Of a stretch of DNA of 64,000 nucleotides, positions 46,253 to 57,185 are shown piece by piece; position 1 is the stretch's first letter, and the number at the start of each line of letters is the position of its first letter. The notes under the pieces were generated by a model. It saw only the letters and a list, made by a program, of their open reading frames with translations, ran no database searches and was not told the DNA's origin. The stretch is from an uncultured Spirochaetota bacterium (GTDB lineage: Bacteria; Spirochaetota; Spirochaetia; SZUA-6; Fen-1364): assembly GCA_963820525.1 (NCBI GenBank), contig CAWGAA010000001.1, forward strand, positions 1,408,001-1,472,000. The letters are read 5' to 3'. The position numbers and the translations under genes are program-made.

Positions 46253-48722
46253 AGCCTGCCTCGAAGCAGGCCGAGCAGGTCCGCCTCGTTGAATGGCTTG
46301 GAGAGAAAGGAATCCATTCCCACTTCGAGGCAGCGGCCCCTGTCTCCGCCCATCGCGTAGCCGGTCAATGCGATGATGGGAAGACAGCGCACCCGAGGGT
46401 CGGGGTGCGACCTGATTGCCCGCGCGCACTCGATCCCGTCCATGCCCGGCATCTGGACGTCCATGAGGATCATGGCGGGAAGCTCCCCGCGCAGGAGCTC
46501 AAGCACTTCATGGCCATTGAAGGCGGGAAGAACCCGGAATCCTTCTTTCTCCAGAACGCTCTGGATGAAAAGGAGGTTGATCGCATTGTCCTCGGCGACG
46601 ATGAGCGTCCCTCCCCCCGGCATTCCGTCGGAGGCCGCTGTGCTCAGGGCGGGCGCTTCCCTCGCTTCGGGCGCCGCGCGCGCGATCCGGGCGGGGATCC
46701 GCACGGTGAACACGGACCCCGAGCCCACCTCGCTGTGCACGCTCACGGTTCCGCGCAACACGTCGATGAGGCGTTTGACGATGCTCAGGCCCAGCCCCGC
46801 TCCCTCGTGGCGCTTCGAGTAGGAGCTGTCGAGCCGGCGGAAGCGCTCGAAAATGAGGTCACAAGCGTCCCGCGGTATCCCGATCCCCGTATCGCGCACC
46901 TCGAAGACCAGGAGGACCCGGCTCTCGTCCACAAAAAGCGTGCCCGCCGTGAGCTTGACGCTCCCGCGTTCCGTGAACTTCACGGCATTGCCGATCAGGT
47001 TGACGAGGATCTGGCTCACCATCTGCGGGTCGGTCTCCACGCAGTCGGGAAGCTCGTCGAGGAAGGAAGTGAGGGCGATCGACTTCTCGGCGGCCGCAAC
47101 CTCGAGGGCGTCGAGAATGCCGGCGCACAGCCTCTTCACGTCCACAACCTCGAAGCGCGGCTTTCTCACCCCGGACTCAAGCATCTCCAGGTCGAGGATA
47201 TCGTTCACGATTCCCAGGAGGAGCGTTCCTGATTCATTCAGGTGCTGGACGTACACGCGCTGGATGTTGCTCAAGTGAGTCTGCGAGAGCAGCGAAGCCA
47301 TCCCGAGAATCCCCGTGAGAGGGTCCTGATCTCATGGCTCATATTCGAGAGAAAGGCGCTCTTGATCTCGAGGGCTTTTTCGGCGGCCTCCTTCGCCTTC
47401 TCCGAGGCGGCCCGGGCGGCTCGCGTTTCCTCCTCGGCCCGTATCGCTTTCGAGACGTCGCGCGCGTTGGCCAGGATCCCGCCGATCTCGGGGTCGGCGA
47501 GGAGGTTGACGCAGCCGGCCTCGATGTCCACCCATCCCCCCTTCTTCACCCTCTGGCGGAAGCGCAGGGTGATGGAAGAGCCCGGCCTTTTTATGATCGA
47601 CGCGATCGCCTCGCTCACGCGGCGGCGGTCGTCGGGATGGATGAGAGCCAAAGCGGACATCGAGGCGATCTCGACGGGCCGGAAACCGGTGAGACGCTCC
47701 GCCGCGGGGCTGACGAATTGCGGCTTGCCGTCAGGCCCCAGGATGAGCAGAGGATCGATCATCGAATCGATGATGAGCTTCAACCGCCGCTCGCTCGCCT
47801 TGAGGGATGTCTCCGCCCGAGCGCGCCTGGCATAGGCTGAGGAGAGGATGAGCGAAACGGAGGCGAGGAAGGTCGCGAAGAGCTGGAAGATGAGGACCCG
47901 CTCCTCGACTGATGGGGAGAGGGGAACGAGGCCTCCGCTTCCCCGCACCATGCCGATGACTCCTATGAAGCTCATCAGCAGGGAGACGACGGCGGAGAAG
48001 AAGGGTCCCGACCGCATTCCCGCCCAGAGGAATACGGGGTAGGAGACGAACAGCAGCACGATCGCCGGGAAGATCTCACGAGGCCGGGAGAAAAATGAAA
48101 GGCTCGCGGTGGCCGCGGAAACCGCTATCATGATGAGGATCTCGGCCCGACGGGATGCGGGAAGCCTTGCCCATTCAGCCTTCCCTGCCGAGAGTGAAAA
48201 GAAAAAGGGCAGGATCAGGATGGAAGAGACCGAGCCGGGGCTCGCCAGGGCGATCCAGCGGCGCAGGAACGACGCGAGGCCGCCGGCGCCGGCCGCGGCC
48301 TGGGGGAGAGCGCAGAGGGGATACACGATCAGAGCGGGAAGCAGGAGCACGACCAGCACGTGTTCGACGCGCTCCATGTCGACCTTCCCGCAGACGCGCC
48401 GAAGGAGCAGCGCCCCTCCCGCGCCTTCGACCACGGCGCGCGCCGCCCAGAGCGCGCTCGCGGAAAGGGCGGATCCTTCCAGGCCCGCCGCGCTCGCGAG
48501 CTGGGCCGCGAAAGCCGCGGGGATCAGGATGAGCCATTCCCGCATCGGGCGCAAGCACAGCGCGGCGAGCAGGAGAGCAGCCTGGGGCCAGAAAATGAAA
48601 AGCGAGTCGGAGGAGACTTCGAAGAGCAAGCCGATGCGGGCGGCGGCGTAATAGGCGCCCGCGAAGGCAAAAAGCTCGCCGAGGAGACGGAGGAATGGCC
48701 GGCCGCTGGGAGGAATCTTCAT
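46249..48722 (-). CDS. Hybrid sensor kinase (MASE1-PAS-HisKA-HATPase-REC), frameshifted at ~47322
   Basis: FLSNMSHEIRT ends one frame. One more base in the G3 run at 47321-47323 restores SHEIRTPLTGILGM. NLIGNAVKFT, DTGIG and MDVQMPGMDG follow. Confidence 0.88.
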
Positions 48723-48794
48723 GTCGAACTTGCTCGCTCACTTGAAGATAGCACGCAAAAGCGCGCTTTCCAGCGGTCCGGCCGGACGCCCCGC

Positions 48795-50456
48795 CTACTG
48801 GCCCTGGTCGCCCTCCTCCCCCTGATCTCCCTCTTCGAGCTTCTTTTTCTTCTTCGGTACGTTCGGCGCGGGGGAGCCTCCGGGCTGGCCCTGCCTGTCC
48901 TGGTTGAAGCTGCGCGCGTCACCAGCGGGCGTCCTGTTGGGGCGGGCCTGGTCTTGAGAGGCCGCGGGGGCCGCCTCGCCGTTCTGGTTCTGGATGCGCT
49001 TGGGAGCCTGTGCCGGCGCCGTGGGCTTTGCAGCTTCTCCCGCATCACGCGCCGCGGGGCCGACGAACGGGGTGCCGCGCGGAGTTGCGGATTGGGGCGC
49101 CACCCGGGCCCCCGGCTGCCGCGTAACGACTGTTCGCCCGCCCTCCTGGACCGGAGGCTGGGAAACGCGCACGCGGGCGGCGTCGGGGCGCGCCAGAACG
49201 CTTTCCCTTTGGGGAGCGACGGACGCCGTCATGCCGCCTATGGGGACGTTGGCTATCCGCTCCCTTGGGACTTGGACCGCCGCACGGTCCACTGGCTGGG
49301 AGCTCGCGAATGCGCCCTGAGGCACAGCCGTCACGGCCCCGGAGACGCCGCGGTTGACGTAGGCGACGCGGCCCACGTTGACGCTCCCGACGTTGACGTT
49401 GCGCACATGCCCGACGTTGATGTTGCGCACGTAGGATGAGCTTGCGTGGTACCCCGGAACGTACACTTCACGCGGCCCCAGGGGGAACCAGCCGATTCCG
49501 AAAGAGTCGCCGGAGAAGAACACGACGAGCGCGGGCGCGTAGACGGGGTGGAGGACGATCGAGCCCGGCACCCACACCCATATTCCCGTCACGTAGGCCC
49601 AGCGGCCGTAATGAAATGGCGCGAATCCCCACGGCTCGTCCGCGATCCAGGTCCATCCCCAGGGATCCTGCCAGGCCCAATGCCCGTAGTGATACGGGGC
49701 CCATCCCGCGCGGACTCCCGACGGGACCCAGACCGTTCCATAGCGGGGCACCACGCGCCATGTTCCGTACCAATCGAGGTCCTCGCAGCCGACCAGCTCG
49801 CGCGACACGTAGCGAACCGAGACGATGCTGTCCTCCTTGCGATCCCGCGCCAGGGCCCAGGCGTCCCAGTCGTCCCGGCCGGGAGCGGACTGGATTTCGT
49901 AGGTGGGAGAGCCGGCGCCTGTCACGACGACGGCCTGGTTTCGGTTCACCGCCACGAGGTCGGAGTCCACGGCCACTTCCAGCCTGCCGCTGCGGGCAAT
50001 GGCGGTCGTGTCTCCGCTGTCGCCGACGTCGATTCGATAGGAGCCAGGGACGACGAGCGTGACGCTCGCGTTGGGAGTGTCCACCTCGAAGACCTGGCCC
50101 GCGTCCAGGCGGCGCAACCGGATGTTGAGGGACCCCTGGGTGAGGCTGATCTGGGCGGTCTGGTCGTCCAGGGTCGCAAAGGAGAACTCGGTCATCGACG
50201 CCAGGCGAACGGCCGTCGAGCCGATGTGGACCTCGGCCATGGAATCCTGATCGGTCCACAGGTAGTCTCCCGTCGACAAGGGATAGTTCAGCGTGGCGGG
50301 AGCCCACTCATCGAGTGAGCCGGGTCGGAACGAGACCGTCCCGCTGATGAAGTTCAATCTCCCCACGCGCGCCGGCGGATCAGCCCAGATGCTTGACCCG
50401 CAGAGGAGAAAACCAGCAAGAAGAATTGCCAGGAGGTAAATCCTTTTCATGTTCAT
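48795..50456 (-). CDS. Secreted FecR-like/DUF6600-like protein with a low-complexity tail
   Basis: Signal peptide, DPPARVGRL and WAPYHYGHW..WGFAPFHYGRW motifs; GGAGG RBS. Confidence 0.8.
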   Translation of the reverse strand: MNMKRIYLLAILLAGFLLCGSSIWADPPARVGRLNFISGTVSFRPGSLDEWAPATLNYPLSTGDYLWTDQDSMAEVHIGSTAVRLASMTEFSFATLDDQTAQISLTQGSLNIRLRRLDAGQVFEVDTPNASVTLVVPGSYRIDVGDSGDTTAIARSGRLEVAVDSDLVAVNRNQAVVVTGAGSPTYEIQSAPGRDDWDAWALARDRKEDSIVSVRYVSRELVGCEDLDWYGTWRVVPRYGTVWVPSGVRAGWAPYHYGHWAWQDPWGWTWIADEPWGFAPFHYGRWAYVTGIWVWVPGSIVLHPVYAPALVVFFSGDSFGIGWFPLGPREVYVPGYHASSSYVRNINVGHVRNVNVGSVNVGRVAYVNRGVSGAVTAVPQGAFASSQPVDRAAVQVPRERIANVPIGGMTASVAPQRESVLARPDAARVRVSQPPVQEGGRTVVTRQPGARVAPQSATPRGTPFVGPAARDAGEAAKPTAPAQAPKRIQNQNGEAAPAASQDQARPNRTPAGDARSFNQDRQGQPGGSPAPNVPKKKKKLEEGDQGEEGDQGQ

Positions 50457-50729
50457 ATGCCCTCCATGAAATATAAAACAATCTAACAGAAAAATTGACA
50501 CCAAAACAGTGGGGATTTCAGGATTAATAAGGAAGAAAAGGAATAATCTTTTGTTATGAGGTCCAGAAACAGCGCCCCGAGGCGGATCGTACCGGAGGGC
50601 ATTCCCTGGGTTGATTTTTTGTCCGCTCCATTGCACAAATAGCCGAGCAGAAGGAGAACGTATGAATAGCCTCAGTGTCGCGCATCGCGCTGCGGGTCTC
50701 AGCGGCCGAGCTCTCCGGCGGGAGGGACC

Positions 50730-52598
50730 ATGAGAATAAGATCCAAGCTGTTTCTCGTGATCTTCATCATGATCGCCGCATTCGTGGGCTCGATCGCGCT
50801 CTACTTCATCGTGCTCTCGCCCATCTCCCGGATGCAAGCCGAGCAGCAGATCCTCACAGACGTTCGAACCGCTTTTCTGGAGGAGGAGATCGCCGTCAAC
50901 GGGCTTTCCACCTCTCCGTTTCTGGCCCAGATGGAGGCGGTCAAGGCTGCCCTGAAAAAGACCTCGGAGGTGCTCCAACGGCTGGACTCCCTCACCGTGC
51001 TTCCCGGGGTCAATCAGTCCATCCGCGACGCGCTGGACACGATCCAGAGGCTTCGAGCCCTCCACGAGGAGAACCTCGCCGTCTCCTTCACGATAACGGC
51101 GCAGCGCGTCGAGCAGGACGCGCGGCAGATGTACGGCGCCGCCGGCGCCGGGGAGCTGGAAGGGGCCAACCTCTTCGACATCTCCTTCACGGCCAACGAG
51201 AAGAGGGCGCGGAAGGACACCACCGCCATCCTCGCCTTCGCTCATATATCGCTTCTCATCGGAAACCTCGGCACCCTCTCCTCGGGCCTCGACAGCGCCG
51301 TCCATGTCATCGAGGACCAGTACGCCGTGATCGCCAAGGAAGTCGGCGCGGTCCAGGCGCGCAGCACGATCATATCCGTGGCCAGCATCGCGCTGCTCGT
51401 GGCGGCGACGCTCCTCTTCGCTTTCCTGCTCACCAACGGCATCGCGCGCTCCATCGCCGCCATCGAGGGGAACATCGCCGCGATGATGAGAGGCGATCTC
51501 ACGCGCATGTTCGAAGTAAAGAGCCGCGACGAGGTGGGAACGCTCTCCGGCAACTTGAACCGCTTCATCTCCTCCCTGAAGGAATCGATGACCAGCGTGC
51601 AGGCGGTCTCATCCGAGAATGCCCGCATGAAGGACAGCCTGATGGTGACGACCGAGCAGACCTCCGCCTCGGCAACCGAAATGAGCGCCAACGCCGCATC
51701 CATCGACAGGCAGATTTCCACCCTGGACGAGAACCTCGCCTCCACGGGAGCGGCCGTCTCCAACATCGCGGACGGAATCGAGACCTTGAACCGGCAGATC
51801 GTGGAGCAGATGGCGATGGTGGAGGAGTCCACGGCCTCCGTGACGGAGATGATCGCCTCCATCGACAATATCGCGCGGATCGCCGACGCCCGGCGCGGCG
51901 CGACGGAAAAGCTGGTGAGCACCGTGACGGCCGGCGGCAAGAAGATGGGCACGACGATAGACGTGGTGAATCAGATCAACTCCAGCGTGGGAAGCATCCG
52001 CAACATCACCGGGATCATCCACGGCATCTCCGCCCAGACGAACCTCCTGGCCATGAACGCGGCCATCGAAGCGGCGCACGCGGGGGATGCGGGGCGGGGT
52101 TTTTCCGTGGTTGCCGACGAGATCAGAAAGCTCGCCGAGGCGTCGTCGTCCAACTCGAAGGAGATCGGAAAGATCCTCAAGGTGATCGTGGGCAGGATCC
52201 AGGACGCGATGTCCTCCGGCGAGGCGATGAACCTCGCCTTCGAGGAGATCGACCACGAGGTGCACAGCCTTTCCTCGTCGCTCGCCGAGATCTTCTCCAG
52301 CATGGGAGAGCTTCGAACGGGCGGAGACCAGATCCTCAAGGCGATGACGGTGCTGCAGGAGGTGTCCGCCAACGTGAAGGGAGGAGCGAACACGATCACG
52401 GACAACTCCGCCAGGATCCGCGGCTCGATGGAGTCGGTGCAGAGGATCTCCTCCGAGGTCCGCGGCGGGATCACTGAAATCTCGGTCGGGATCAGGGAGA
52501 TTTCGACGGCTGTGCAGAACGTGCTGGGCATCGTGGAACGCCTTGCGAGCCTTACCGACACCCTCAACGGCGAGCTTTCCAAGTTCCGCACGCAGTAG
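50730..52598 (+). CDS. Methyl-accepting chemotaxis protein
   Basis: Two TMs, HAMP domain and [35 protein letters not shown]. Confidence 0.95.
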   Translation: MRIRSKLFLVIFIMIAAFVGSIALYFIVLSPISRMQAEQQILTDVRTAFLEEEIAVNGLSTSPFLAQMEAVKAALKKTSEVLQRLDSLTVLPGVNQSIRDALDTIQRLRALHEENLAVSFTITAQRVEQDARQMYGAAGAGELEGANLFDISFTANEKRARKDTTAILAFAHISLLIGNLGTLSSGLDSAVHVIEDQYAVIAKEVGAVQARSTIISVASIALLVAATLLFAFLLTNGIARSIAAIEGNIAAMMRGDLTRMFEVKSRDEVGTLSGNLNRFISSLKESMTSVQAVSSENARMKDSLMVTTEQTSASATEMSANAASIDRQISTLDENLASTGAAVSNIADGIETLNRQIVEQMAMVEESTASVTEMIASIDNIARIADARRGATEKLVSTVTAGGKKMGTTIDVVNQINSSVGSIRNITGIIHGISAQTNLLAMNAAIEAAHAGDAGRGFSVVADEIRKLAEASSSNSKEIGKILKVIVGRIQDAMSSGEAMNLAFEEIDHEVHSLSSSLAEIFSSMGELRTGGDQILKAMTVLQEVSANVKGGANTITDNSARIRGSMESVQRISSEVRGGITEISVGIREISTAVQNVLGIVERLASLTDTLNGELSKFRTQ

Positions 52599-52607
52599 AG
52601 GGAGAGA

Positions 52608-54044
52608 ATGGCTGAAAGCCGACCCCCGGCCCCGTCGGATCGACCGAGCAAGTGGGCTGTCTTCGCCATCGTGGCGATCGGGGTTTTCATGGGCACCCTC
52701 GACGCCTCCATCGTCAACATCAGCCTGCCCTCAATCGCCCGCGACTTTCACGTTCCGCTGAACGGCGCCATCGAATGGGTGGTGATCGCCTACCTCGTCT
52801 CCACGGCGGCATTCCTCCTCAGCTCCGGCCGGCTCGCCGACATGGTGGGTCGAAAGCCGATATGGATGGCGGGCCTAGTGATCTTCACGGCAAGCTCGGC
52901 GCTGTGCGGGGCCGCCTCCTCGCTGGCAATGCTCAACGCGGCACGCGCCCTGCAGGGCGTTGGAGGGGCGCTCCTGTTCTCCACGAGCCCCGCTCTGCTC
53001 ACGGCGGCCTTTCCGCCGGCCGAGCGCGGCCGGGCTCTCGGGCTGAACGCGGTGGTCGTGGCCCTGGGCACGAGCATCGGCCCCACCGTGGGGGGGATCA
53101 TCACGGCATCCCTCTCATGGCGCTGGATATTTACCATCAACGTGCCGATCGGAGCTCTCGGAATCATCCTCACCACCCACATTCTGCGGGAGAGGCCTGA
53201 AACGCGCCCGGCCCGCTTCGACCCCCTGGGCGCCGTCCTCCTGGCTGTCGGCCTGGCCTTCGTCATCGCCGCGCTTTCCTTCGGCACCGAGCTGGGTTTC
53301 CTCTCTCCCTTCATCCTGAGCGCCGGCGCCGTCGGGCTCGCCGCCCTGGCCGTCCTTCCGCTTGTCGAGAAGCGCGTTGCCCATCCTATAATCGATCTGT
53401 CCCTGCTTTCGGACCGCGTATTCCTTTCCGCCAATCTCAGCCTGGTGTTGAGCTTCCTCTCGCTGTTCGCCGTGAGCTTCATCATGCCCTTCTACCTGGA
53501 GCAGCTTCGAGGGTTCCCCACACAGACGGCGGGGCTCCTCCTCACGCCCCTGCCCCTCACCATCGCCCTTTTCGCTCCGATAAGCGGCTGGATCGCGGAC
53601 CGGACGGGAAACACGCGATGGCTTGCTTCCTCGCGATTGCTCGTGGCGTGCATCGGGCTCGTGCTGGTGGGGATGCTGAAGGCCGACAGCACTCCGGCGG
53701 ATATCGTCCTGCGCCTGTTCGTCGTCGGGCTCGGCCAGGCCCTTTTTCAATCGCCGAACAACAGCGCGCTTCTCGGCTCGGCGCCGCCTCATGCGCGCGG
53801 AGTCGCCTCGGGTTTCCTTGCGACGGGACGGGTGATCGGGCAGAGCCTCAGCGTTGCGATCGCGGGAGCGGTGTTCACGACAATGGGGGGAGCTGTGGCC
53901 GGCCTAGCCCTTCAATCCGACGCAGGCGACACCGCGGCGCTCCAGGGAGTGTTTCTTTCCGGCTTTCGATCCGCCCTATTTCTGTGCGCGGGAATCGCCG
54001 TGATCGGGGCGTTCGCTTCGCTCATCCGAGGGAAAGAGGCATAG
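52608..54044 (+). CDS. MFS transporter, DHA2 (EmrB/QacA) family
   Basis: LDASIVNISLP, GRLADMVGRK, GPTVGG and WRWIFTINVPIG motifs; about 14 TMs. Confidence 0.92.
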   Translation: MAESRPPAPSDRPSKWAVFAIVAIGVFMGTLDASIVNISLPSIARDFHVPLNGAIEWVVIAYLVSTAAFLLSSGRLADMVGRKPIWMAGLVIFTASSALCGAASSLAMLNAARALQGVGGALLFSTSPALLTAAFPPAERGRALGLNAVVVALGTSIGPTVGGIITASLSWRWIFTINVPIGALGIILTTHILRERPETRPARFDPLGAVLLAVGLAFVIAALSFGTELGFLSPFILSAGAVGLAALAVLPLVEKRVAHPIIDLSLLSDRVFLSANLSLVLSFLSLFAVSFIMPFYLEQLRGFPTQTAGLLLTPLPLTIALFAPISGWIADRTGNTRWLASSRLLVACIGLVLVGMLKADSTPADIVLRLFVVGLGQALFQSPNNSALLGSAPPHARGVASGFLATGRVIGQSLSVAIAGAVFTTMGGAVAGLALQSDAGDTAALQGVFLSGFRSALFLCAGIAVIGAFASLIRGKEA

Positions 54045-54110
54045 GGCGGCCCCATCAGGCCGTGCTCAAGCCCGCCGCCAAGCGCCCGACGCCGGGCGTC
54101 GAGGCCGCGC

Positions 54111-54620
54111 TCAGCTTATCCTGTAGAGGTAGACGTCCCCCCGCATCCTTTCGGCGCGTATCGAGGGGAAACGCCAGTGATGGGAAACAACCCGGGCTCC
54201 GGGGGCGAGCTCCCTCTTCAGCTTGGCCTCCAGCCGCCCCATGACGAATCCGACCTGGAACGTGGTGACGAGGTGGTAGGGCGAGAGGTCGGCGCGCCAG
54301 AAGCTTCCCCAGTGGATGAACGCCTTTCCCCAGAGGCCGGCCTGGCGGATGTTCTTTCGGGAGATGAAGACCAGGATGGGATTGATCTCGTAGCCATGCG
54401 CCTCGGCTCCCTTCTGGGCAAGCGCGATCACCACCCTGCCGTCTCCCGAGCCGAGGTCCGCCGCCTTTTCCCCGGGGGACACTCCGGCGAGCTCCGCCAT
54501 GACGAGCGTCGTGTCGGGGGTGCTCGGGTCGTAGATGGCTCCGCGCCCGAGGGGAAAAAAGACGAAGAAGACGAGATAGATGACCACAATGACAAAAGCG
54601 AGCCAGATTATCGTTGCCAT
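54111..54620 (-). CDS. Membrane-anchored class I SAM-dependent methyltransferase
   Basis: N-terminal [10 protein letters not shown] and GYEINP motifs. Confidence 0.85.
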   Translation of the reverse strand: MATIIWLAFVIVVIYLVFFVFFPLGRGAIYDPSTPDTTLVMAELAGVSPGEKAADLGSGDGRVVIALAQKGAEAHGYEINPILVFISRKNIRQAGLWGKAFIHWGSFWRADLSPYHLVTTFQVGFVMGRLEAKLKRELAPGARVVSHHWRFPSIRAERMRGDVYLYRIS

Positions 54621-54655
54621 CGAACACCCATCTTACCAGGATTTGGAGGTGAACG

Positions 54656-55621
54656 CTACCGAGGGATTTTTATCCGCCCGTTCTCGATGAGCCATTGGAG
54701 GGATTCCCCCACTGCTTCCAGCGAGCCGTAGCGGGGCTGGTAATCGAGAGCCCGCCGCGCCTTCTCAATGCTGCAGCAGGGGCTGTGGGCGATGTGATCC
54801 CACGTTGCGGCCGCGTCCTCAGGCGATACGCCCGAACGCCATGAGTCCCACGGCAGATACGACAATTCCGCCTCCCGGCCGAACCAGCGCGCCACGCTTT
54901 CGGCGTAGCCGCGCAGCGTAACGGCTGCGGCGGAGGTGACGTGGAAGCTTTCGCCGATCGCTTGCGCCCTGTTTTCCATGGCGCGGCAGAAGGCCTGGGC
55001 CACGTCGTCGGCGTGCACGTGATGGACGGTCTCCAGCCCCAGGTTGGGGAGGGCGAGCTTTCTCCCGCCGGCAAGAGCCTCGAACACGGCCGGATTGAAA
55101 TTGCCCGCGGGGTTCAGGGGAACCCAGCCGCGGCCCACAATGTGGCCGGGATGAAGGATGGTGGCGGGAAACCCCGTGGCCCTGGCCGTGGCGAGCAGCC
55201 ACGCCTCGATGGCCGCCTTCTGGATTCCATACTCGCCGAAGGGCCTTCTCGGAGCAGCCTCCGTGGTGGGGACAACGGTGCCGGGTCCGTGGACCCAGAT
55301 CGTTCCGCAGAAAAGGTACTGGCCGACTTTTCCCGACAGCGCCTCCACGATCTGCCGTACGCTCGCCACGGTGAAGCACACCAGATCGATCACCGCATCA
55401 CCGCCAAGCGACACAATCCTCCCGCCGAACGTCCCCGCGGCCTCCTCGGGCAGCCGGTCGGATTTCAGGCGCTTCACGTATCTCCAGATTCCCGTGTCGA
55501 AATAGGGCTCCCGTTCGCCCCTGCTGAGGCAGACGACTTCATGGCCCGCCTCCACAAGACGCGGGACCAGATACGTCCCGATGTGCCCCGTAGCCCCAAT
55601 AACGATGATCTTCATTTTCAC
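54656..55621 (-). CDS. NAD-dependent epimerase/dehydratase family protein
   Basis: GATGHIG, YGIQK and VHADDVA motifs. Confidence 0.9.
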   Translation of the reverse strand: MKMKIIVIGATGHIGTYLVPRLVEAGHEVVCLSRGEREPYFDTGIWRYVKRLKSDRLPEEAAGTFGGRIVSLGGDAVIDLVCFTVASVRQIVEALSGKVGQYLFCGTIWVHGPGTVVPTTEAAPRRPFGEYGIQKAAIEAWLLATARATGFPATILHPGHIVGRGWVPLNPAGNFNPAVFEALAGGRKLALPNLGLETVHHVHADDVAQAFCRAMENRAQAIGESFHVTSAAAVTLRGYAESVARWFGREAELSYLPWDSWRSGVSPEDAAATWDHIAHSPCCSIEKARRALDYQPRYGSLEAVGESLQWLIENGRIKIPR

Positions 55622-55674
55622 GAGCCCATGGATCGGTCCGCCGGGGGATTGCGGCGCGACCGTCCGATGTTCGA

Positions 55675-55899
55675 TTACCTTTTTGCCTTGCGCGCGGGGG
55701 TCTTCTTCGCGGTCTTCACCTTCTTGACTTTCCCCGCGCTCTTGGGAAGGTTCCCCGACCCTATCCTTTTCGCCTCGTCGCGGGTGAAGAACTTGCGGGT
55801 TCCTTGCTTGGTGCCCACCTTCATCCGCCAGGAATACTGCCGAACCGTCGAAATGGAAAGCCCCGTCATTCTTGCAACATCGTTTACAGAAAGCTTCAT
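55675..55899 (-). CDS. Small basic protein: MerR/excisionase-like HTH with a histone-H1-like Lys/Ala tail
   Basis: LSVNDVARMTGLSISTVRQY..RKFFT plus GKVKKVKTAKKTPARKAKR; GAGGAGG RBS and its own promoter. Confidence 0.75.
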   Translation of the reverse strand: MKLSVNDVARMTGLSISTVRQYSWRMKVGTKQGTRKFFTRDEAKRIGSGNLPKSAGKVKKVKTAKKTPARKAKR

Positions 55900-55923
55900 C
55901 GAGCCCTCCTCATCTATAGAGAG

Positions 55924-55952
55924 AGAATATATGAATTATTGAATTGATACAA
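55924..55952 (-). promoter_or_regulatory. Sigma70 promoter of the small HTH gene
   Basis: Minus strand reads TTGTAT-17 nt (AT-rich)-TATTCT. Confidence 0.65.
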
Positions 55953-55982
55953 GGAATCAAGCTACGGGCGGACGACGAGGAA

Positions 55983-57185
55983 TCAGATGGGCACGTTTGT
56001 CGGCAGGAGAATCTCGTCCGAGATGAGCGGGATCCCCCCCTCGCCCTTCCGCGCTTCCATGGGGGCGTAGGTCCGCGGCTCCGGGCCGCGGTACAGGCTC
56101 TCCGGCCTGTAGATGCGGTTTCCGTGCTCCCTCTGCTCCAGGATATGAGCAAGCCACCCCGCCGTCCGGGCCATGGTGAACACGGGGGTGAAGAGGATCT
56201 TCGGTATCCCCAGAAGCGAATAGACGGCGCCGGAGAAGAAGTCAACGTTCGGGTAGACCGGCTTGTCGCCCATCTTCGCGCGGAACTGCTTCTCGATCTC
56301 CTTAAGGATTTCGTAGTAGCGCCCGTCTCCCTTCTTCTCCGAAAGCTCCCGCAGGAACTCCTCCATAATATAGGAGCGCGGATCCTTGACCTTGTATTCG
56401 CGGTGGCCCATGCCCATAATCTTCTTTTTCTCCGCAATCGCCTTGTCCAGCCACGCGCCCACGCGGTCCTTGCTGCCGATCTCCTCCACCATCTCCATCA
56501 CCTTCTCGTTTGCCCCTCCGTGGAGGAAGCCGAACAGGGCGCCGATGGCCGCCGAGATGCTGCAGTAGCAGGTTGACAGAGTGGAGGCCACGACGCGGGC
56601 CGTGAACGTCGAGGCGTTGAACTCGTGTTCGGCGTGGAGAACGAGGCACGTGTCCATGATGCGGCCCTCATACTCCTCGGGCTCCGTGCCGCGCATCATG
56701 GTGAGGAAGTTCGCCCCGTGGGACAGGTCCATGCGGGGGGGCACGTACTCCCTGCCTTCGCGGAACCTCTGGTAAGTTGCAACGACGCTCGCCGTCTGCA
56801 CAACCTGGTGGAGGGTCTGGCGGCAGTTGCAGGTGGCCGAGTGCCAGATCCTGTGCTCGACGTAGCTTGAAAGGTACGCGATGACGGACTGGAGCAGCTG
56901 CATCGGATGGGCGTTCGGCGGAAAGCCCCTGACGATCTCCCGGATGGCCGGTGCAATGTCCCTGCTGGCCCGCATGCGCGCCCGCCATTCGGCGAGCTGC
57001 CGCGCGGTGGGAAGCTCCTCGTAAAGGAGGAGGTACGTCACCTCTTCGTAGTCCGACTTGCGCGCAAGCTCCTCGATCGAGTAGCCCCGGTAGTACAGCT
57101 TTCCCTTCTGGCCGTCTATTCGGCAGATCGTCGTCTCGTCCGCGATGACCCCTTCAAGGCCTTTCGAGTAGGTTCCCTCCATCAT
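55983..57185 (-). CDS. gltA: Citrate synthase (short citrate/2-methylcitrate synthase type)
   Basis: GLEGV, LHAEHEFNASTF, LHGGANE, GMGHR.YK..DPR and YPNVDF motifs. Confidence 0.88.
   Translation of the reverse strand: MMEGTYSKGLEGVIADETTICRIDGQKGKLYYRGYSIEELARKSDYEEVTYLLLYEELPTARQLAEWRARMRASRDIAPAIREIVRGFPPNAHPMQLLQSVIAYLSSYVEHRIWHSATCNCRQTLHQVVQTASVVATYQRFREGREYVPPRMDLSHGANFLTMMRGTEPEEYEGRIMDTCLVLHAEHEFNASTFTARVVASTLSTCYCSISAAIGALFGFLHGGANEKVMEMVEEIGSKDRVGAWLDKAIAEKKKIMGMGHREYKVKDPRSYIMEEFLRELSEKKGDGRYYEILKEIEKQFRAKMGDKPVYPNVDFFSGAVYSLLGIPKILFTPVFTMARTAGWLAHILEQREHGNRIYRPESLYRGPEPRTYAPMEARKGEGGIPLISDEILLPTNVPI

Noticed and set aside
50460..50660. c-di-GMP riboswitch or sigma28 promoter upstream of the MCP
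   Set aside because: The region is AT-rich but lacks the riboswitch core, and GCCGAGCA has no matching -35.
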